Shown here piece by piece: positions 59,183-64,000 of a stretch of 64,000 bases of DNA. The position numbers were made by a program, and so were the translations under genes. Source of the stretch: a virus (Duplodnaviria; Caudoviricetes); IMG/VR virus record IMGVR_UViG_3300032312_000528, positions 3,370-67,369 of that record; one strand, written 5' to 3'. Every line of letters begins with the position of its first letter. The first letter of the stretch is position 1. The notes beneath the pieces were generated by a model. That model was not told the DNA's origin and ran no database searches. It was given only the letters and a program-made list of their open reading frames with translations.

Positions 59183-59548
59183 TCATCTGGTCATACTCCA
59201 CCCTTTTTCTTTAGACTCCTCTGGGTTACTCTCTATGTAGACGTGGCACTGGTGGCACACGGCAAGGAAGTACGTTGGATCGGTTAGGAGGTCTCCAATG
59301 CGACCACGCTTGTGGTGGATCTGTTGAGCGTCACCTGTGCACCCGTCTATCTTGGCCTCACACATAGGATGCTTTCCTAGGTACTTTAGTCTCTCAGCCT
59401 TGTAAACTTTTAACGCCTCCAGCATCTTCTCGCTGTAGGGACTGATACTTTTTATCTTCTTGTCGGTTCTTAAATACTGATGCTTCTTGCAGTACCCCTT
59501 AGCCCACACAGGGTAGGTGCACTCTTCGTGTTTACACTCCTTAGCCAT
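59183..59548 (-). CDS. HNH endonuclease (121 aa)
   Basis: CEAKIDGC...IHHKRGR...LAVCHQCH; N-terminal Zn-finger CKHEEC..GYCKKH. Confidence 0.85.
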   Translation of the reverse strand: MAKECKHEECTYPVWAKGYCKKHQYLRTDKKIKSISPYSEKMLEALKVYKAERLKYLGKHPMCEAKIDGCTGDAQQIHHKRGRIGDLLTDPTYFLAVCHQCHVYIESNPEESKEKGWSMTR

Positions 59549-59560
59549 GCTTCAAATATA

Positions 59561-59634
59561 AAAGAAAACCCCCATATTTCTATGAGGGATTCCTAGCCAT
59601 GATACAATTGAAAAAACAGGAGACTTCAAAGGTA
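59561..59634 (-). ncRNA. Short promoter-terminator unit (~60-nt sRNA candidate)
   Basis: TACCTTTG at 59634-59627, then CCCTCATA-GAAA-TATGGGGG plus U-run. Confidence 0.45.
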
Positions 59635-59640
59635 ACTTTT

Positions 59641-59880
59641 TTAGTCCTTCGTTGTTTTGTTATCTTTACCTTTTTTGTGTCTTGCTCTCCACTCCTTCAA
59701 GAGTGTGACTAGGAATGCTGATAGTAGGGACGCTGATATACTGAATGCAAACCCAGCGATCTTGTCCGCCCAGTTTATGTGGATGCTCATTAATGTGAAG
59801 CAGCTGCCAAACGCAGTTAACTGCTCGAAGTGTGCGTACGCGTTGTGTGTAATGTGTGCGATTGTAAATGCTGTCTTCAT
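59641..59880 (-). CDS. Small membrane protein, holin-like (79 aa)
   Basis: Two hydrophobic helices and a basic C-tail. Confidence 0.5.
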   Translation of the reverse strand: MKTAFTIAHITHNAYAHFEQLTAFGSCFTLMSIHINWADKIAGFAFSISASLLSAFLVTLLKEWRARHKKGKDNKTTKD

Positions 59881-59946
59881 ATGGTAAAGTACGTTATCAC
59901 AAACGCAATAATTTCTTCTAGTTTATCTAATAATTTCTTCATTGTT

Positions 59947-60168
59947 TTATATAGTTATTGTTGATGGAGGTAATTCAACGGGGGTTGCGGCGGTATACTT
60001 TGATGTAATCTGATCCGATATAACATAATAGTTTCCTGTGTTTTCTATTGGCTTGCAATAAAATTGAGTTACAGAGTTTTGGCTAACAGGTATCTTTTCG
60101 CCTGTATTTACTGTTGTGCAAAAATTATTAGCTGCTACGAGTGTTGTGTATTTGTAGTATAAGCTCAT
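59947..60168 (-). CDS. Small tail-associated protein (73 aa)
   Basis: In the fibre cluster. Confidence 0.5.
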   Translation of the reverse strand: MSLYYKYTTLVAANNFCTTVNTGEKIPVSQNSVTQFYCKPIENTGNYYVISDQITSKYTAATPVELPPSTITI

Positions 60169-60170
60169 GA

Positions 60171-61052
60171 TTATATTCCGTAATATGCTTTTTGATTTGC
60201 CTCTATGTTAGCTCTTGTAGATGTCTTGTCTTGAGGATAGTGAATAACCTCTTCTACAAATCCATTTATAGCCCAGTTTATAGGGTTTGAAGCCCTCCAT
60301 ATTATACCAATATCGGTAGTGGAAAGAGGGAAATAATTTCCAGTCAGAGAAGTTGATGTTGCTGTAGCCCCGTTTAGTCCGACTAGGCCATTTGTTCCGC
60401 TAGTGTTAATGCCTGTAACTTGCATATTTGTGTTTGCTGTTTGAACCCCTATGTCTATCCAAGCTCCAGTTCCACTTGTGCTACCAAAAGAGGCTCCAGA
60501 AGAGAAATTTCTATTTATAACAGATGCCCACCATCTAAAATTGTCGGCGTTAAAACTGCCAGAAACAACAGCAAAGCCTTGCCCTGCTGGCGATTGTGCT
60601 ACAGAGAATGTAGAAAATGGATACCCAGAATTTAAACTTGTCCTACCTAAGCGCGTGAGAGAACCATCGTAACTTCCTGCTACAAATCCATTTTTAAGAA
60701 TTACCGTTCCAGCCGCAACTACTTGTGGTTGTTGGGAAGCTGTGGCGTTAGTCATGTTGTTGCCATTCCCACTTTGATCGTACCAAGTTGTGATAAACGC
60801 ATTTCTTCCTCCAGTCGTAAATGAAGTCATTGCGGTTTTATCTACATATATTCCGCTAAAGCTTATATCAACCTCAGCATTGTCTACAGATCTTCTTATT
60901 CTGCAACAAGGGCCCGTATAAAGATTGTTTAGCAATCTAAAAGAATAGGCGCCGTTTGCCCCAGGGTACAAGTTAAGTATCCCCTCAAACGGAAGAGCTC
61001 CCCCACCCATTCCTGGCCCTAAACCTAAACCTATGCCTCTGCTATCTCTCAT
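60171..61052 (-). CDS. Arabinofuranosidase-B/ConA-like lectin domain virion protein (293 aa)
   Basis: AYSFRLL..YTGPCCRIRRS.DN.E.DI, FITTWYDQSGNGN. Confidence 0.75.
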   Translation of the reverse strand: MRDSRGIGLGLGPGMGGGALPFEGILNLYPGANGAYSFRLLNNLYTGPCCRIRRSVDNAEVDISFSGIYVDKTAMTSFTTGGRNAFITTWYDQSGNGNNMTNATASQQPQVVAAGTVILKNGFVAGSYDGSLTRLGRTSLNSGYPFSTFSVAQSPAGQGFAVVSGSFNADNFRWWASVINRNFSSGASFGSTSGTGAWIDIGVQTANTNMQVTGINTSGTNGLVGLNGATATSTSLTGNYFPLSTTDIGIIWRASNPINWAINGFVEEVIHYPQDKTSTRANIEANQKAYYGI

Positions 61053-61057
61053 TGTGT

Positions 61058-61204
61058 TTATGATTGAATGTCTGTTTTAATCCACTGTACATTGTCCTCG
61101 TCCCATATGTACATATAGCCATCGTCTGGATGGTTGTATGGAGGATTCCACCTATTGTATGTCTCGTCGTATACCCATGAAGGGAATGGTGCTGTATTTT
61201 CCAT
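61058..61204 (-). CDS. Small Trp/Pro-rich tail-associated protein (48 aa)
   Basis: Manually found: PFPSWVYDE..RWNPP..YIWDE..QW. Confidence 0.65.
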   Translation of the reverse strand: MENTAPFPSWVYDETYNRWNPPYNHPDDGYMYIWDEDNVQWIKTDIQS

Positions 61205-61207
61205 AGC

Positions 61208-62377
61208 TTAAAAATGATTAACTTGTCTTGATAGTGGCCAGTCGCTGTCTATACTGTATGTGCCAGAGAATGTTATCTTGGTGAAGACCTGTGTTGTGTT
61301 GTTGGCTGGAAGGTATACGTTACCATTTAAAGCCATAACTCCACCTCCATTATACCAAATACCTGTTGCAGGCTTTCCGGCAGGGGCGTACATAGTTATT
61401 TGATTAGTAATAGTATCGAATGCCATGACTTGATTGTTAAACCACCCTTGCATATATATAACTCCATTTGGGCCCATTGCCCCACCATACATATATCCTC
61501 CGATATCTAAGGTAGATACAAATGATGCTGCCTTTGTTATAGGATTAAATATCATCACTTGGAAAGACTCGTTAGGTGGTGAGTATATTAATCCGTTTGG
61601 ACCAAGAACTGCTCCTAAATTCTGATTCCTCAATGCTGTATCCCAAACCACATACGTTGCCGTTGCGTCGGTTGCAGGATCTATCTCTAGTACTGCATTG
61701 CAAGAGTTTGGCATCATGTAGATTTTACCATCAGCCGCAACATTAGCCCCACACCATCTGTTGGCACTAACATTTACAGAAGGGATTGGTATAGTAGATA
61801 TAGTATCAGTTGAAGTGTCAAGCTTGAGCATAACCGATAGGAACGACTGAGGCACTCCGTATATGTTTCCTTGTGGGGAAACTATAGCTCCGTTAAATGC
61901 GCCATTGCCAAATGATGCTGTAATATCAGTTACTGTGTCCGTGGTTGGGTTTAGTTTAAGTATGTTTCCTACTCTACCTGGAAGGAAGTAAATGCTGCCA
62001 TTAGGGGCAAGAACTCCACATACATATTTATTGTTTGCTGTAGTAAGAACAGGTCCCACCAGGGTTACTGTATCGTCCGCAGGGTTTAGCTTTGCTATTC
62101 GAGTTGCAGACGCAGGAGCAAAATAGATATAACCGTTAGGGGCTAAAGTTCCCCCAGCCCAACCAGATGTGCCGACGCTTGATGTTATAGTTGACACCGT
62201 AGCGGTAGATCCTTTTAACCTGTTTGTTCTTAACGCTTCAACCAACGCAGCACTGTCAGAGGTTAGGTATGGAGCTTTATTCCATACAGGGAACGCAGAC
62301 GGGACTTCATCGGTCAAATTTGCCGAGTAAGTCATACCTACACCCAACCCTAATCCTAATCCTCTGTCTTGTAACAT
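61208..62377 (-). CDS. Beta-propeller (Vgb-like repeat) virion protein (389 aa)
   Basis: About seven repeats of G..LAPNG.IY..P. Confidence 0.75.
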   Translation of the reverse strand: MLQDRGLGLGLGVGMTYSANLTDEVPSAFPVWNKAPYLTSDSAALVEALRTNRLKGSTATVSTITSSVGTSGWAGGTLAPNGYIYFAPASATRIAKLNPADDTVTLVGPVLTTANNKYVCGVLAPNGSIYFLPGRVGNILKLNPTTDTVTDITASFGNGAFNGAIVSPQGNIYGVPQSFLSVMLKLDTSTDTISTIPIPSVNVSANRWCGANVAADGKIYMMPNSCNAVLEIDPATDATATYVVWDTALRNQNLGAVLGPNGLIYSPPNESFQVMIFNPITKAASFVSTLDIGGYMYGGAMGPNGVIYMQGWFNNQVMAFDTITNQITMYAPAGKPATGIWYNGGGVMALNGNVYLPANNTTQVFTKITFSGTYSIDSDWPLSRQVNHF

Positions 62378-62901
62378 TAAACAGCGCTATATAGGATTGC
62401 AGTTCCGCTTGTTACCTTGATCGTGCTCCAGCTTCCGTAAACTGTGTCCCCTTTAGGGATTGCAGCTGAGTATGCTGAGATATTGTTGGCTGTAACGCCT
62501 GATCCTAGCTGAATGCTTACAGCTGTGTCTAACTGAACGTCTGACAAGGCATGAATCCCTGTAAACTTGCCCGTGTAAGTAGTCCCTGCTATTGCGTTGA
62601 CTGGCGTTCCAGAAAACTTATCGGGAGTTAGAACAAGTCTTTCAACAAGACCAGCCTTAACATCATTAGGGTAAGTTGTACCGTTAGACACATCAAGTCC
62701 GTTAATTGACAGTAGTGGCCCTGCCGAGCTCTTGCCCCAGTTGCTTGTAAACTTGAACCCCTTGTTTCCTATGCTAAGCAAGATCCAATCGCTCCCGTAA
62801 GAGACTGTTGCACCTGCCCAGTTTGCTATTATAGTGGGTTGAGTAGAGTTATTTGGTTGGATAATCAACTCGTTTGTGTACCCTTTAGTTATGCTTGCCA
62901 T
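62377..62901 (-). CDS. Tail-associated protein (174 aa)
   Basis: C-terminal IPKGDTVYG.WSTIKVTSGTAILY module; promoter TAAATTTG at 62929-62922. Confidence 0.55.
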   Translation of the reverse strand: MASITKGYTNELIIQPNNSTQPTIIANWAGATVSYGSDWILLSIGNKGFKFTSNWGKSSAGPLLSINGLDVSNGTTYPNDVKAGLVERLVLTPDKFSGTPVNAIAGTTYTGKFTGIHALSDVQLDTAVSIQLGSGVTANNISAYSAAIPKGDTVYGSWSTIKVTSGTAILYSAV

Positions 62902-62953
62902 TGCCTTTAATTTAATTAAGGCAAATTTAGAGATTTATTTTTTATGTTGTTAG

Positions 62954-64000
62954 TTATTGTGTTAACTTCTGCAACTCTTCTGTGAGGAGCGCCCTGTCTT
63001 GGTCTAACTTACTCCACCCCTTTTCGTACACCTCGTCCATTGCGTACCCCTTAGAGAAATGCTTGTGAACTATGGTGGCTGTTGGGTGGAAGTATGCAGA
63101 GTTCAGGTCATTAGCCTTCCTCCACAATAAATTATCGACACCCACATGGTGGAATCTTGTGTCGAATATTTCCCCTCCAATTCTTTCTATAAAGTCCCTC
63201 TTGATCATGAAGTGCGTGCACTTATTGCCTCCATCTGGCAGAATGTTGCCCTCGTTGAACGCCACGAGTGCGTACCTTGCCTGTACAGCCTTGATGAACG
63301 CGTCCTGGCTGAACTCAACATCATCAGCGGCGTACACAATGTAGTACCCGTTTGTGTCAGCTACACCCTTGGCTACCTTAACTGGAACCGTGTCGCTACC
63401 CTCAACTATCTTAATATCTATCAGCTCCTGTGGATAATTTTGCGTCCCAATAGACTTGATACACCTGTCCAACCCTTCAGCTCTTGTGCCCTCAACGTGA
63501 GGTATAATTACAGATATTGTCGGTAGCTGTGTGTAGTATCTTAGATGGTTTAGGTATGTTGTGCTGTCCGGCTTGAAGTACAGCGCCATTTGGATGGCGT
63601 TATAAGCCTCTTGCACTCTTCCTAGGTAACCATAAGACAAGTACAGTATTCTATAGGGCTCATCCTCGTAGTGAGCTGTGTGGTTTGCGTAGTAGTCGTT
63701 TAGCTTAATCTCTTGTGCTGCCTTTGCAAAACAAATAGCTGCCTGGTAGTTAAATTTACTTAAGTAAAACTGGGCAAGCTTGATTAAAGACTCTCTTCTT
63801 CCAGAGTCAACAGTAAACGCCTCTAAGTAATAGTATGAAACTATCTCTTCCTTACCCAAATACTGGGCGCAGTCTGCTAAATATATGTATGATTGAGCTT
63901 TTTCTGCCGGCCATCTATCCATTCCAACGTGCCTATGGAACTCCATGTACGCAGAACTGTATCTGCCTGTCCACATCAGCTCTCTTGCTAGGTAGTGTGA
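62954..64000 (-). CDS. TPR plus GT2-type glycosyltransferase, 5'-truncated by the window edge
   Basis: TPR-like helices, then ISVIIP..YIVYAADD..HVGVDN; frame open to 64000. Confidence 0.8.
   Translation of the reverse strand, partial: SHYLARELMWTGRYSSAYMEFHRHVGMDRWPAEKAQSYIYLADCAQYLGKEEIVSYYYLEAFTVDSGRRESLIKLAQFYLSKFNYQAAICFAKAAQEIKLNDYYANHTAHYEDEPYRILYLSYGYLGRVQEAYNAIQMALYFKPDSTTYLNHLRYYTQLPTISVIIPHVEGTRAEGLDRCIKSIGTQNYPQELIDIKIVEGSDTVPVKVAKGVADTNGYYIVYAADDVEFSQDAFIKAVQARYALVAFNEGNILPDGGNKCTHFMIKRDFIERIGGEIFDTRFHHVGVDNLLWRKANDLNSAYFHPTATIVHKHFSKGYAMDEVYEKGWSKLDQDRALLTEELQKLTQ

Noticed and set aside
59599-59712. 37-aa hydrophobic plus-strand ORF opposite the sRNA candidate, as a type I toxin
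   Set aside because: No plus-strand promoter is visible, and the hydrophobicity is explained by being antisense to a Lys-rich tail.
557-62901. Stop-codon reassignment as seen in some crAss-like phages
   Set aside because: Long genes are intact under the standard code, TAG and TGA both act as stops, and no suppressor tRNA is present.

Overview
This window is a 64-kb segment of an AT-rich tailed-phage genome, most likely a podovirus of a Bacteroidota host (TAnnTTTG promoters, no Shine-Dalgarno motifs). It has a crAss-like virion module; an aquatic origin is inferred from several protein families. Layout: (1) 1-42.9 kb, minus strand, in order of transcription: accessory genes, tandem-GroES, VRR-NUC nuclease, terminase, portal, scaffold-like protein, major capsid, lysis cassette, tail ring and muzzle proteins, ejection proteins (including a 3558-aa polyvalent protein), a ferritin and a collagen-like fibre. 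(2) 42.9-43.6 kb: non-coding strand-switch region with repeats and a G-quadruplex tract. (3) 43.6-57.96 kb, plus strand: early genes, then SSB, an SMC-like ATPase, a replication initiator and DnaB. (4) 58-64 kb, mostly minus strand: orphan structural and receptor-binding genes and a TPR-glycosyltransferase. The most striking signal is at the RNA level. Four consecutive early-gene junctions each carry a folded element: three copies of a 44-nt 'mini-tRNA' (acceptor-like stem plus T-arm, with covarying sequence) and one complete type I hammerhead ribozyme. All end or cut about 20 nt before the next ATG, suggesting an interchangeable mRNA-processing system. Also seen: a tRNA-like RNA without a normal anticodon loop, two independent kissing-loop hairpin pairs, and a candidate pseudoknotted ncRNA. 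No database searches or folding programs were run; family assignments come from motif recognition.
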